From: Carcharhinus longimanus
Taxonomy: Eukaryota
DNA: 64,000 bases
Assembly: GCA_030264375.1 (NCBI GenBank)
Contig: JASCQW010000162.1
Span: forward strand, 27,709,647-27,773,646
Direction of reading: 5' to 3'
The position numbers and the translations under genes were made by a program. Below the pieces are notes generated by a model that was given only the letters and a program-made list of their open reading frames with translations, made no database searches and was not told the origin of the DNA. This document shows, in pieces, positions 36,101 through 50,012 of this stretch (the first letter of the stretch is position 1; each line of letters opens with the position of its first letter).

Positions 36101-38063
36101 CCAATGTTTTTGGCGGATTGGCAGATTGCCTAAGTACTTGGATGTCTTTTGCTTGAGTCATATTTCCAAAGTTTCTGCTGGATGCAAGATGGGGACCAGT
36201 ATCATAACAGCTGCTTGGCTGCTTTTGTGCTAGAGAAGAGTCATGGAACCATGGGAGCCTTCCTCAATTTGCAGTTTTCACTTTGAAGGGACACCTAGAT
36301 GTAACTCTGCAGCTTGTTCACTGACAATTAGGTATCAGATCTTATGTACCACTGTTACTGTCCTGACAGGTGTCAGCATCAAACAGGACACGTGTGGCAT
36401 TGAACTTTACAGCACTGTCTTCACTGATTAGTAAGCTAACTTGCCCAATACCAGCTATTAAGATTTGGGAAGACCTTAGACATCGAAATACACCTTGGTT
36501 ACCAGAGTAAGGGACCCAGAATGCGGGGCACTGTCAGTTCTGCCTTCTATAGCCAATGGGGCTGCATTTCAATGGAGTTGGAAACACCAGTTGGTTCCGG
36601 GTGCTTTTTGGGTGTAGATCTGTTGCAGGTTTGATGTAAGTAAAGCGCACACTCCATTGATATCAGCAATAAAGACAAAGCCTCTCTGACGTTGTAAACA
36701 AAGGCTGCAGATACAAAAACCACATAGCTGTCAGCTGTTGCACGTGCTGGGAGCCTGTACTCAGAGGATGCATGGAATGCTAATGCTCCTTTTCAATAAG
36801 TATCAGGAATTCTAGGTCCTCAGCCTCCATTGGGAAACTGACAGTTGTCAATCCTCCAGCACCAACACACTGAGTCACCAGTTACAGCATCCACATTAAC
36901 AATAAGTAAAAAGATCGAAGCAGATAGGCCAACAGGTACAATGTCAACATAGGCCTGGTAGGTTGGGATATGACTGGCGCAACTTGTGGGTTGAAGGGCC
37001 TGTTTGTGCTGTAGTGTTCTATGTTCTATTTAAGATACATTTGTATAAGTACATGATTGGAAAAGGAATAAAGAGATATGGGCCAAATGCAGGCAATTGG
37101 GACTAGCTGGGAGCTGTCATGATTGACATGGACCAGTTGGGCTGAAGTGCCTGTTTCCATGCTGCATTGCCCTATGACTCTCACTTATGCAGGTCAGTTT
37201 AATTTTAGTCAGGATTTGTGTTAATGGAACTTTCACCTGATGTGCAAATGAACTGAGTCACAAAAACCTTGGTGGATTTGCAGAACGTCAGTAGGTGCAC
37301 TTTGTGATTCAATTGGTACAGACCCGGAGCAAGTCATTATCTGGAATTATGGGGCCAATAAGTCTCCCATTGAATGTGGACTTTGTGTCAGCCCTGAATT
37401 CACTGCTGATGTTATATAATTAAACATCAGCACAAACCCATAAGAATTAGAGATAACTGCATGTCTGCTAACATGCGTCATCCTGTAACAGATTTAAATA
37501 TTAAAATAAAACTGATTTGCATCCAGCAAGCGCTCCTGAGGTGTTTACACTTATGGAATTCACTCGAAACCATCGGCAATCTCACACAAATTTATGAAAT
37601 TTGGAGATATATTTGCGTGTTACTATTGTCTTGCCACTTGTCTTGAAATAATTTGCCATTAGATTCACCACTAAAGAGATGTTTGTAACCATCTAAACAT
37701 TACAAATTGATACCTTGGAAATTAAATAAGGATTTTGGAACATCAAGTCAAAAAAAAAATGGCCAAAGCTGATGGAGAATGCTGATGTATGCCTAATGAC
37801 AGAATAGCACTAAATCCAGTATTGTATGGGAACAAAGCTTCCCTAATCCTGCCGGTACTAAATATATCGTCATCAGCATTCTCTTTATGCATTTGCACTA
37901 GAGCATATTCAATGAATATTGTAGACTGTAAATAAAAGGAAGCTGATCTGCTAGCAGCAAGATCAGCATTTGGATAAGGCACATATTCAAATTTAAAATA
38001 CAGTTTCTCTGGAACCACAGTTTACAGCTGAACTCTATAAAACATTTTGGTTTTCATTCATCG

Positions 38064-38445
38064 TGCTGGATTTTACACTCCCCACGTGGCGTGTTTGAAG
38101 GGCAGGGGGCTCGTCAAATGCAACACATGATCTGCCCTATGCTTATCTGCCTGCCCCTGATCAATGCCCCCTTTTAATGGCTGAGGGGGAAATGGGGCGA
38201 TGGCTAGAACTGCCAGTTAATGGCCCCCTAACTGCCTCAACCTGCCTGCCACTATTTTAACTCTCCCGCAGCAAAGGAAGGCCCAATTGTGTGGGATTCT
38301 CGCTCTGAGCCAATTAACACCCTGCTGACTGTAAAATGGCTGGAGAGCAGCCCATTTCTTTATGGGTGGCCACTTGACTGACTTTTCAGCCCAGGAGATA
38401 GGAGTCGTAGGAACACAAGGAAGCCACAACCTATAAAATCCAGTC
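38064..38445. mobile_element. MITE with TIRs
   Basis: ctggatttta (38066-38075) and taaaatccag (38434-38443) are exact reverse complements. Confidence 0.6.
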
Positions 38446-38459
38446 TATAGTAGGGTTAC

Positions 38460-39020
38460 TTCATAGAAGGAGGCCATTCAGTCTGTCACATCCATGTCGG
38501 CTCTCTAGAAAAGCAACTCAGCTAGCACTACCTCCCCTATCCTTTACCTGTAGTATCATGATTATTTTTTCTTCAGGTAACTATCCAATTCCTTGCCTCC
38601 ACCACAATCTTCAAGCAGTACATTCCATATGCTAACCACCTGCTGTATAAAAAGGTGTTTCCTCATTATGCCTTTCACTTTAAACCAGTGCCTCAACCTT
38701 TTTGCCAAAAGGAACAACTTTTCTCTATTGAATCTGCCCAGATCTTATCATTTTGAACACATCTATCAAATCTCTTTTCAACCTATTCTTCTCCAGGGAG
38801 AACAGACTCTGCTTCTCCAATTTACCTATGTAACTGAAGTCCCTCTTCCCTTAAACCGTTGCTGTAATACTCTCGGCACCATCTCCTTCTCAAATGGACA
38901 CAATATTCCACTTGAGGCCAAACCAGTGTTTTGTGATGTTTCATGATTACTTCCTTGCCTTTATACTCAACGCCTTTAATTATGAAACCAAGGATCCTGT
39001 AGCCTCATTAACCACTTATC
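38460..39020 (-). mobile_element. Old CR1 3' fragment
   Basis: agaaggaggccattcag tail and CR1-like antisense composition. Confidence 0.55.
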
Positions 39021-39636
39021 TTGAATATGAAAGTAAATGATAAAACGATAAATGTTTTTAATAGGCAGTGAATCATGTTCACCGCATTCTGCAACAGAGA
39101 TTATTTACATGGAAATTGACTGTATAGACCTGTCAATCAAGCTTCTCTCAATCCATTGAGGTGGTTAAATGGAATAGTACTGTCACATATTCTCTATCTT
39201 TTCCTATTGATTTAACAGTCTTGTACATTCCATGTCATGCACTGAGGTAGTTACTCAAACTGCTCAAGCACTGCAGTCATGAATCTTATGTCATACAGCC
39301 TGGCAAGGAATCACTGCCAAAGAAAATAACAGTAACAAAATAACAGCTAACTAGGTGGAAAAGAAATACAATGGCTCCTATTCAATGATAGCCTTCAGTT
39401 GATAATACAAAAACAACACCCCAGAAACTATGAGTCTGTTGACAATCAACATCTCATAAATCATATTCACATTTTAAGAGGAGTGAGGAAAGTGAAATTT
39501 TGCTTGCACTGTGGGGCCATTGTAAAAGTGAACTTCCTCAAAGTTCAAGCTTTAGCAGCAGTGAGATAGAGTTGTAGATGAGTTTGTCTAGAATTTTTGC
39601 TGCCTTTGTGAATTGTATCCCTTCAATGGGAAATTG

Positions 39637-40030
39637 GGTGGCACGGTAGCACAGTGGTTAGCACTTCTGCCTCACAGTGCTAGGGACCCAGGTTTGATTC
39701 CTGGCTTGGGTCACTGTCTGCGTGGGTTTCTTCCGGGTGTTCCGGTTTCCTCCCACAGTCCAAAAGACGTGCTGGTTAGGTGCATTGGCCATGCTAAATT
39801 CTCCCTCANNNNNNNNNNNNNNNNNNNNNNNNNNNNNNNNNNNNNNNNNNNNNNNNNNNNNNNNNNNNNNNNNNNNNNNNNNNNNNNNNNNNNNNNNNNN
39901 NNNNNNNNGCTGGTTAGGTGCATTGGCCATGCTAAATTCTCCCTCAGTGTACCTGAACAGGCACTGGAGTGTGGTGACTTGGGGATTTTCACAGTAACTT
40001 CATTGCACTGTTAATGTAAGTCTACTTGTG
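39637..40030 (+). mobile_element. HE1/V-SINE-like SINE spanning a gap
   Basis: tRNA-like head; aaataaactt tail. Confidence 0.85.
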
Positions 40031-40516
40031 ACACTGATAAATAAACTTAAAAAAAAGCTTCTTAAGTGGCCCATTAACCCTGATAATAACTGAGAGGAGG
40101 GAAGGTGGTAAGATGGAATGAGAAGGGGTGGAAGTTGGGGCTAGGATTAGCATGAGGGCCTGTAACATTTAAAGATCTGACCTGTTTCAGCCAGCCAGAT
40201 TGAGAGGATGTTAGCCGGGAAGGCATTCTGGGAGCCCAGCTGAGATAAGTTGTCAGTGGTGGTGTGGGGTCAGGATGGAGGGTGGAGAGTGAATTGCACA
40301 TCAGATTTCACAAGGCCAAGGCCCACAGAATAGACCAGGAATCTGATCATGTGGGGGGAGTTCAGCCAATTGTGGTGGTCTGAACATGGGGAGGGATGCA
40401 GGTAAAATTAAGGTGGGAAGCACTCCTGCAGGATAAGGGTTGGTCACAATTCACACCAGCCTGCACGCTGCTCTCCCAACCTGGCTAGCTCCATTTTGGG
40501 CGTTGGATTTCCTAGC

Positions 40517-40878
40517 CATAGAGCCATAGAATCCCTATAGTGCAAAAGAGACCACTCAGCCCATCGAGTCTGCAACAACTCCCTGAAAGAGCACCCCACC
40601 CAGGTCCCCCCCTCCCACCCGATCCTCACAACCCTGCGTATTTACCATGGCCAATCCATCTAACCTACACATCTTTGGACACTAAGAGACAAGTTAGCAT
40701 GACCAATTCACCCAACGTGCACGTCTTTAGACTGTGAGAGGAAACTGGAGCACCCAGATGAAACCTAGGCAGACATGGGAAGAATGTGTAAACTCCACAC
40801 AGTCACCCAAGGCCCAAATTGAAACGGGTCCCCTGGAGCTGTGGGGCAGCACTGTTAACCACTATGCCACCGTGCCAA
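40517..40878 (-). mobile_element. HE1/V-SINE-like SINE with CR1-type tail
   Basis: Reverse complement of the head at about 40815-40878. Confidence 0.8.
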
Positions 40879-41974
40879 CCTCTGCAATTTTTGTGGAGTC
40901 ACATCAGCTTTTCAAGGACTCATGATTCATGGCCACGCAAATGTTTCCTGAACCATGGGGGATGAGGGAAGTATTTTAAATATAAGTTCAAAAGGCCTTA
41001 CACATGTCAAACCATGACCTCTATCCACACTCCATGGTACCTCATANNNNNNNACCCTCTATGCTAATTGGTACGTCTATGCCCATTCACCAGTACACAT
41101 TCTATAGAGAACAACTGAATCTGAAAACATGTGTCAAGAAGCATTCAAAAAATTGTAAAAATTGCCTTTATTACACTCCTATAAAAATGTCAATCATCCA
41201 GTCTCTAAAGTATCAGTAGCATAACCTGCAAGCACTTGAAATCACTTCAGCTTGTGCAAATGAACATTGGACAACTTGACAGAATATGAGAGAGAAATAG
41301 CTGTTAATTAGACCATGTTTTCCATGGGCAGTTGCTTCAGCCAAGTAATGGACATATGGCCTTTCAGCCAAGGATGTAGTAAAAGGAATTTTGGCATGGA
41401 GAATGAAGAGCCATGAGGGTTGGGGTAGATTCTGTTGGGGACCACTGACAGCTGTGCAATCATTATTGTGAGGAGCAGAAGAAACATGCAGTAATTGGCA
41501 CTGGAATTTAACAAAATGTGGAGTCTACTTTGTAAACTGGACTTGTGCATAATGAACTCTTTCTAACTCTCTTTAAACTCTCTAGCTACATAAAATCTTC
41601 AAGTTCCACATCTGCATCTACAGGGTATTTGATATACGTGATTACAAGTAGAACCAGAAAGTCACCACAATAGAGTTACACATGATAGAAAATATTGGTG
41701 TGATATACAGTCATTAATGTTATGGTTAAGGTTAATTATAATCCATGTCTTTCAGTAAGCATGAATGTGTACTATTTAAAACTGCATCTCTCAAATTTTC
41801 ACAAACTTTAGATGTTGGAACGATAGAAGAGGTGGTGATTTTGTTGCATTGATCTTAATACCCAAATTGTAGGTTTGTGTTGGGTTGACGTTGACTAATA
41901 ACATGGGGGAATGGACGAAAAAGCAAGGTTTCTAAAAAAAGTGAACACTTAACTTTTCATAGGGCTTTTCTTTG

Positions 41975-43135
41975 CAGCAGCAGTGAGGCAAGACTGGCTG
42001 CCCTTGACATCAAGGCAACGTGTGACCAAGTGTGACATCAAAGAGCCCCAGCAAAACTGGACTCAATGGTAATCAGCGGAAAACCCTCCCCTGGTTGGTG
42101 TCATACGTGGCACAAAGGAAGATGCTTGTCATTGTTGGACGTCAATCATCTCAATCCTAGTCCCAGGACATCACCACAGAATTCCTCAAGTTAGCACAAC
42201 CATCTTCAGCGTCAGTGATCCTTGGACAGGTTGCAGAGCTGGGCCGAGAGGTGGCGGATGGAGTTTAATGCGGAGAAGTGTGAGGTAATTCACTTTGNNN
42301 NNNNNNNNNNNNNNNNNNNNNNNNNNNNNNNNNNNNNNNNNNNNNNNNNNNNNNNNNNNNNNNNNNNNNNNNNNNNNNNNNNNNNNNNNNNNNNNNNNNN
42401 NNNNNNNNNNNNNNNNNNNNNNNNNNNNNNNNNNNNNNNNNNNNNNNNNNNNNNNNNNNNNNNNNNNNNNNNNNNNNNNNNNNNNNNNNNNNNNNNNNNN
42501 NNNNNNNNNNNNNNNNNNNNNNNNNNNNNNNNNNNNNNNNNNNNNNNNNNNNNNNNNNNNNNNNNNNNNNNNNNNNNNNNNNNNNNNNNNNNNNNNNNNN
42601 NNNNNNNNNNNNNNNNNNNNNNNNNNNNNNNNNNNNNNNNNNNNNNNNNNNNNNNNNNNNNNNNNNNNNNNNNNNNNNNNNNNNNNNNNNNNNNNNNNNN
42701 NNNNNNNNNNNNNNNNNNNNNNNNNNNNNNNNNNNNNNNNNNNNNNNNNNNNNNNNNNNNNNNNNNNNNNNNNNNNNNNNNNNNNNNNNNNNNNNNNNNN
42801 NNNNNNNNNNNNNNNNNNNNNNNNNNNNNNNNNNNNNNNNNNNNNNNNNNNNNNNNNNNNNNNNNNNNNNNNNNNNNNNNNNNNNNNNNNNNNNNNNNNN
42901 NNNNNNNNNNNNNNCCACTCTCCATCCTAACTTGGAAATATATCCCTGTTCCTTCACTGTTGCTAGGTCAAAATCCTGAAATTCCCTCACTAACAGTGCT
43001 CTGGCCACACCTATACCAAATAAACTGCAAAGCTTCAAGAAGGCAGCTCACCACTACCTTCTGAACAGCAATTAGAGATGGGCAATAAATGCTGGCCTAA
43101 CCAGGGACACCCAGATCCCATGAAGGAATAAAAAA
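41975..43135 (+). mobile_element. CR1/L2-clade LINE fragment containing a nested young CR1 (from 42212 into the gap)
   Basis: ALDIKATCDQV RT relic, DLDRLQSWAERWRMEFNAEKCEVIHF insert and gggcaataaatgctggcc tail. Confidence 0.7.
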
Positions 43136-44479
43136 TAAGCAATTGGACCTCAGAGAGCAGACCATTACGCCACGAACATCAATAGGAAATAATTGTTAGG
43201 ATTTACAGAGGTCTCACAGCTCTCAGGTATCAGTCTGAGCTCCATAGCAGCCACTATTACCTTACAGTCCACAACCCCAAAATCCCATCTTGTGATTCCA
43301 CTAGAGGTTGCGACACACATTTTGGGAAGCCTTGTCTCATCTCAGCAATCATCCCTCCTGTGTGATTCCAAATAATATGCAGAGAAGATTTGTAAGAATA
43401 CATTTAGATAATAGTTTTATAACATTCCAGGTAAGCCATGAATTAGCAGAAACATATGGTTAATCAAATTAAACCGTAAACTACTTTGTGATTACGGGGA
43501 TTCATTTGTTAAGGATAAATAGATGATGCTGTCTGTAGCAACAAACCATCAGGTAGAAACAATTTCATAATTTATGGTGTCTAATGTTTTGATAAATTTC
43601 ATAATGGCTTTTAGTGTATAATATTTCTTAATTTGTTAAAATCTAAAAATCCATCGAAACAATCTGATAGGTTGTTGGTTGGAGTAACGTTCATCTGTGG
43701 AAATATAGTTTGATATTCCAGATCCCTGTTTTTAATCTGAGAAGGAATGAAAGTTATATCATGGACAGAGTGTTACCTGCAGTTTATTAGCCCTGAGATA
43801 CTGTTTGTGGATGATGCCACACACATGAATTATGATACATGTTCAGTGAGTTTAGCATTGCCATCTATTCGTTATTTTTGTAATTAGAAGAAGTGCAAGT
43901 TAAGCACATTTTACTATGTAGTGAACCTTGCTAAAGTATTTTTTTGAATACTACCGTTTTTTTAATGAAAGTGATTTATAGAGATTCATGTTTACTGAAT
44001 CTGTGTCACACCATTTGGGAGAGTAGATTTGATTATCTTCACCATCTGGGCTGGAATCTGTCAGGGCAGACTGCCCATTTACCCTTTATACAGCATACCT
44101 TATTTTTGTTCCTTTACAATTAGTGGAATAAAGATATGGCAGCTCCTATTAAGGGTATGTGATCCATCTTGTCAGATTACTGCTCAGGTGATGAAAAAGG
44201 ATGTTGACAAATATTTCACTTACACTCTCCAATGACTAAGTGAACTCCTGGAATATATACTCCTGCAGAAAGCTATTATAGCAACACTTCAATCCCAGGC
44301 AGATAACGTGTGGATAAAGTCACACTCAGTTTGCTTACAAGAATCATAGTGCTGAGTACTTGGGTAAAAATTGAACATGAGGCCTTCAGTCGCTATCAAA
44401 ATAAATTTGAAACTGCTGCTTAAAAAGGAAAGAATTCACAATGATTAAAGGAGAAAAAAAATGTATGTAAAGGCTTCCA

Positions 44480-45270
44480 GTTAAAAATAATACCAATTAC
44501 TATAGATGATGTACTTACAAACAACGATGGAGGTAAGAATGTAGGTGTACTGGAGGAAAATGAGGAACACATATTGGAGAACCTTGTAGAAATGAAATTG
44601 GTTATGAAAAAAAACAAAGTGGCTAAATCACCTGGCCACTAACAGCATATATCCAAGGCTACTGAAGGAAATTAGAGGAGTTAGCAAAGGATCAGGTCAC
44701 ATTTTTCAATGCTCCTTAGAAATGAAAGCTGTGTCAAAGAATAAAGTGTTGGCATTATAACACATCTGGTTAAGAAGGGGAAGAAAGTTTAAGACACAAA
44801 TAACTAGAGTTCAGTTAGTCAAACATCAGCTGTGAGCAAATTTGAGGTTAAATTAGAGAACACATATGGAATAATCAAGAACGGCCAGCATAAAATCATT
44901 AAGAACAAGTTGAGTTTGAAATATTTAAAGGACAGAAAATTTCCTCAGAGCTGCTCATCTTCCAGCATTACTTTGCCAAGCATGCAGTGGAAATTGCGTT
45001 TATGTAAAAATAGTGCCAGTGGGATGGCATCAGCTCTGAAGAATTTCCTGAACATGAGGTCTTATTAAAGAAGTGGCTGATTTATATTGATAAAAATGAA
45101 GCATTACAGGTGTTCTCTATTGATATTTAGAATGTGTTTGATCGGGTGTCTCACTGAAAGCTTGTTATAGATATTCAAGTGTGATATAAAAGCGAATGCA
45201 GCAGCATGCATTAAAAGTTGGCTGATGAACGAGAAATTTAAGTTTTGCTTAGATTGAGAAAGGTTGAAAA
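44480..45270 (+). mobile_element. Highly degenerate CR1 RT fragment
   Basis: Relics such as KSPG..IYPRLLKE, PVSQTSAVSK and DI...FDRVSH..L. Confidence 0.45.
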
Positions 45271-46075
45271 TGCTGTCCCGCAGAATTGAGTTCAGACTAG
45301 TAAGGATAATTTTTCACTACTTGATTGATGGAAATGGCAAACCTGAAAGAAACACTCTACGTTTGTATTATTTGTCAGAGCACAAAATTCTTCATTATTT
45401 AGCACACCTTGGCACCAGCATTTCACTGAGAAATATTGAGATGGTTGGTGATATTCTACTATGAAAGCACATTGTTGGAGAAGACTAAATGGAAGATAAA
45501 AGCATAAAAGATAAAAGCATAAAAGAGTAAATGGAACTTAATTCTGCATCTGGCCCTGACAGCAATGAACTCTTTAATGCTGATGCAAGATGAACTATAT
45601 CTCACAAATAATGAAACAAAAAAGATTCAAAAATGGACAACAGCAGCCAATGTTCTGATTGTAGTTATTATGGGCAACACACTTTTACATTGCTTTATTC
45701 GCACTAGTAAAGTCATTTGTGACCTTTACAAATTTGAGCTAACAGGTGTCAAATGCTTAGGAATGAAATTATTAATTGGAACAGGACAGGTGGTGGGCAC
45801 CAGTTCCATTTAATGAAAGCTGGAATTTAGTCATATATTTAACTAGGGGATTCATTCTTTCTGTATCTGTGTTCTTACCCGTATAACACAGGCATTAGCA
45901 CTCAGGAAAGATTTATAGTCTGCAAACGCATAACTCATTTGAACATGAACTTTCAAGGTTTGAGTTGAAAGGTAGTTCAGCATTTATGTGCATCATAAAA
46001 TTGCAGAGGTAATACCTGTTGTCTGTCAATACTTTTATATAGTTAGCACAATGAAACACACATCAATAGTATTAC

Positions 46076-46188
46076 CTCTCCGTTGCCTGTTATTGGAGTT
46101 GGTGTTCTCATGTTGTCTTTCGACTGCTTCAGAACTTAATGAATCACACTTATTGTCCTGTTGCTGTAAAGATGATTTCCTATTATAC
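46076..46188 (-). CDS. MCF2L2: Post-PH exon (YNRKSSLQQQDNKCDSLSSEAVERQHENTNSNNRQRR), 113 nt, phase 2-1
   Basis: Acceptor tctcttgcacag and donor GAG/gtaata. Open in the required frame and bridges the phase-2 and phase-1 neighbours. Confidence 0.75.
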
Positions 46189-47499
46189 CTGTGCAAGAGA
46201 GGTTGTACTTCATTGGAAATCTGTTATATGAAGTGAATAATATAGTTTTAAAAATTGCAGATTAAGATTCAGTTTGTGTGTGTTACTGATACTCAGTCAT
46301 CTCAACATTTTCTATGTCTTTCTAGTGTTTAGAGTGCTAATCCTGAGACTTGGCTGGAATCCTGTTCTCTTTAAAAATACTTGATGGGTGGGACAATTTC
46401 TAGGTCCTGACCCTGCATTTGCTATCATCAGCTTGCCCGGGAGATCGCCCAGAGTCAGCTAATTAAGAGGCCATCTCAGATTCTGCCATCCAATTAAGGG
46501 CATGGGTGTGTTCTTGGGGCTCCAGGCTCCATTGGATGGCTGGCAGCCTTAAAAGAAAAGCAGCTCCGTTGGCAGAGGTGCAGCTTCTGCTGCAAGATGG
46601 GGACAACAAGGAAGCCTCCATTTTGAGGCTCTCTTTGAAGAAGTTTTAATTTATCAGAAATAAGTTCTGGCCATTGCTGCCAAGCCAGTCCTGTGAAGGA
46701 TCTAATCCTCCTCAGGATAATAGTTGGCCATTGCTGCAACCTATTGATCAGTTCTGCTCTAGTTGCGGGGGGTGAGGAGGAGGGTGGGGGTGGCGGGGTA
46801 GTGGGGTGGGGTGGGGTTCGGTAAGTTGCCCCCACATGTCTTGGAAAATTATGCCCTGTGTCTCTAAAAGGACTTTGTAGTGCTCACTGCTACCAATGCT
46901 GTCATGAACGGATGCCCTTGTGGCAAGACATTGGTGAAGATGTGTTCAACTGTTTTTCTCTGTCCTCAAGTTGGTTATCTGCTGTGACCTCAGTCTCTCA
47001 GCTCTGACACTCAGGATATCATGCAAGTGATGAAAAGATATCACAGGATGTATTTTAGCCATTTGTTCAGCATTTTAATACTGCGGTCAGATATATTTAT
47101 ATCCTTTTCCCCTCTTATCTGAAGAAAGGTGGAGAAGCAGCATCACAATCCATTTGTCACCACATCTCATGAGAGTTAACTTCCTTGTGATGATTAGCAG
47201 AAAATTCTGGCACGTGACTGCCACATTTCAGAGCTTTGTCCTGTTTTGTTATAATGGGAAATATGCCTGTATTTTCTTTTAAATCTCAATGTGGCCTTTT
47301 AATCCCTGTTAGTTTTCATCAATTCTGATCGTCATAAACTGATCAGGCGCGATCTTATGACCATTCACGCCACACTCCCGCTGCAGCGAGGCCGGAGAAT
47401 TTGGCACCCAGTCAAATCTCTAGTCACTGCAGTGGGATGGGAAAATTTCACTGGTGTGAACAGTGATAATAATTCATCCATTATGTTGCGGGTGAATTT

Positions 47500-47677
47500 T
47501 GCCTTTTAAAAAGTATTTAGATAATTACATGGGTAAGATAGTTATAGAGGGATATGGGCTAAACACGGGCAAGTGGGACTAGCTTAGTGGTTAAAAAAGG
47601 GGCGGCATGGACAAGTTGGGCTGAAGGGCCTGTTTGCATGCTGTAAATCTCTCTGATTCTAACTTCTATGACTCTAT
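47500..47677 (+). mobile_element. CR1 3' UTR/tail
   Basis: gcatggacaagttgggctgaagggcctgtt...ctatgactctatg. Confidence 0.7.
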
Positions 47678-48196
47678 GTCACTATTGTAGATCTGAATAA
47701 ACAATAAGCCATCTGCTCATTGGCAAAAACTGAGAAAAAACTATCTTTATGAATGGCTAGGAAAGAACAGTGGTGAGTAATATGCAAAAGGAAATTCCCA
47801 TGATTTGCTTGGTCCTGTATCTGAGGATGTTTCAGGCCTTGTTTCAGCAACATTAGGACTAAATTGAACTTTCAATGGTGGCAGAAAACATTCTCTTGCC
47901 CTTCCCAGTGAACAATTTGCACTGATCATTTTGTGCCTCTGCCAAAAATTAAAATCAGCCCTATTCAACGTGATTTAAGTTATGCAAAGTTATCCTTCAG
48001 TGTATATTTACTGTCTTTACATACTGCAGAACTTCAAGACTCATAATACATTTTATTTGGAACTTCTTTAAAGTTTCCAGAACTAACTGGAACTTCCTAA
48101 GGTGTTACACAGATGTCCAGATTGTTACTTTTAATGTATTTTTGAATGTGACTTAGTTGGTCTGGCTATTATGATTCAGCCACATAATCTAAGTTA

Positions 48197-48496
48197 ATTA
48201 AAGGTTATTAGTCACAAAGTAGGCTTATGTTAATACTGCAATGAAATTACATTGAAAATTGCCTGGCCGCCACAATCCAGTGCCTGTTTGGGTACACTGA
48301 GGGAGAGTTTAGCATGACCAATGCACCTAAGCAGCATGTCTTTCAGACAGTGGGGAGAAACTGGAGCACCTGGAGGAAACCCACGCAGACACGGGAGAAC
48401 ATGCAAACTCCACACAGACACTGACCCAAGCTAGGAATCAAACCTGGGCCCCTGGCACTGTGAGACAGTAGTGCTAATCACTGTGCCACTGTGCTG
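48197..48496 (-). mobile_element. HE1/V-SINE-like SINE
   Basis: Reverse complement of the consensus head and body. Confidence 0.85.
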
Positions 48497-49021
48497 ACCT
48501 AACTGGGGCTAGAGTCACACGTTTGACCAGAAGTGGGGAGGATAGTCGATCTCTCCCAGGTATTAATGTGTGAACTGGTTGAGTCCTTTTAATGATAATT
48601 CAATAACTTGCCTGGTAACCATTTCTAATGCTAACCAATCAATTAGCAAATAACTAAATTCAATTCCATAACTTGTCATAGTGGAGATTGAACTTGTGTT
48701 AGGAAAACAAAGGGAGTTGTAAGGGATTTATACTTGTATTGGTGAATATTAGGAATGACGTATGGGGGAGTGGAGTCAAGTCATGTGAGTGCAGGAATAG
48801 TTGTGTTTCAGTAGACTCTGGAACCACTCACTTTTTAATCCTTTCATTAATCTTGATGCACAGCCCATAATTACCTAGTTCTGGAGTGAAAACTCCATCC
48901 TATGTCTGATTTCTGGTTAAGTTTTGGGACAAAATGCTGAATAAAGTCATGAAAATCCTTGATTGAGAGAAGCATTCAGAGGAAGATAGGGTGGAGCTGA
49001 GTCCCCAGTATGGTGATATGG

Positions 49022-49212
49022 TCAGTGAGCCAGATGGGTTTTTCCGACGATCGACAACGGTTCCATGGTCATCAGCAGATTCTTAATTCCAGATATTTTT
49101 TATTGAGTTCAAATTCCACCATCTGCCATGGTGGGATTTGAAGCCAGGTCCCCAGAATATTAACTGAGTTTCTGGATTAATAGTTTAGAAATAATACTAC
49201 TTGGCCATCACT
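49022..49212 (-). mobile_element. SINE family B, 5' half
   Basis: Reverse complement of 49326-49540. Confidence 0.75.
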
Positions 49213-49325
49213 TCCCCAACATAACTATACCAATGAGTTTAAGCAAATTAAAAGGTGGCTGTATAATCTATTCTAGATTCCCTTCACAGAAAATTAGTGA
49301 AGGGTTTCTGAAGAAAGACTTCTGA

Positions 49326-49712
49326 GGGAGCCAATAATTTAGTGGCATTATTGCTAGACTATTAATCCAGAAACTCAACTAACATTCTGGGGACCTGGGT
49401 TCAAATCCTGCCATGGCAGATGGTGGAATTTGAAGTCCATAAAAAACATCTNNNNNNNNNNATCTTGAATTAGGAATCTACTGATGATCATGAAACCATT
49501 GTTGATTGTCAGAAAAACCCACCTGATTCACTAATGTCTTTAGGGAAGGAAATCTGCCAACCTTACCTGGTCTGGCCTACTCCAGAGCCACAGCAATATG
49601 ATTGTCTCTCAATTACGTGAGATGGCCTAGCAAGCCAATCAGTTCAAGGACAACTAGGGATGAGCAATAAATGCTGGCTAGCCAGCGACACCCATGTCCC
49701 ATGAATGAATGA
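49326..49712 (+). mobile_element. SINE family B, near full length
   Basis: ggacctgggttcaaatcct B box; atgaatgaat tail. Confidence 0.8.
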
Positions 49713-49945
49713 AGAATAAAATGATTACTGAATGGCATTGTTTGGACTTCTTAAGTTTTAGGATTTTATCAAAACTGATAACTAATGTATTTTCAATTCT
49801 AATGACTTCTATATACTAGCTGTGATGATGTTCTTGTAATTAATATCACTGATCAGAAAAAAATCAAGCTTGGGAATCTCTCAGGATTGAGTCAAGTGAG
49901 ATTCTGCAATGGTTAATTACCAAGAAAGAGTAGATATTACTCTAC

Positions 49946-50012
49946 CTGTTGGGTGTATTCAGTGGAGCTTGGAAAACATGTTCCTGTATCCTCTGGTTTA
50001 GTTGGCTTGCTT
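49946..50012 (-). CDS. MCF2L2: Post-PH exon (EASQLNQRIQEHVFQAPLNTPNR), 67 nt, phase 1-2
   Basis: Acceptor ttgtatgatag and donor CAG/gtagag. Continues the frame and begins EASQ, as MCF2L does at this position. Confidence 0.85.

Noticed and set aside
39769-39947. Apparent tandem duplication around the gap (also 6243-6261 versus 6362-6380)
   Set aside because: Identical sequence on both sides of a 100-N gap is a contig-overlap artefact.
42222-43064. Longest ORFs in the track (211-280 aa; also 58942-59475)
   Set aside because: Almost entirely N gap; the flanks are LINE or SINE sequence.
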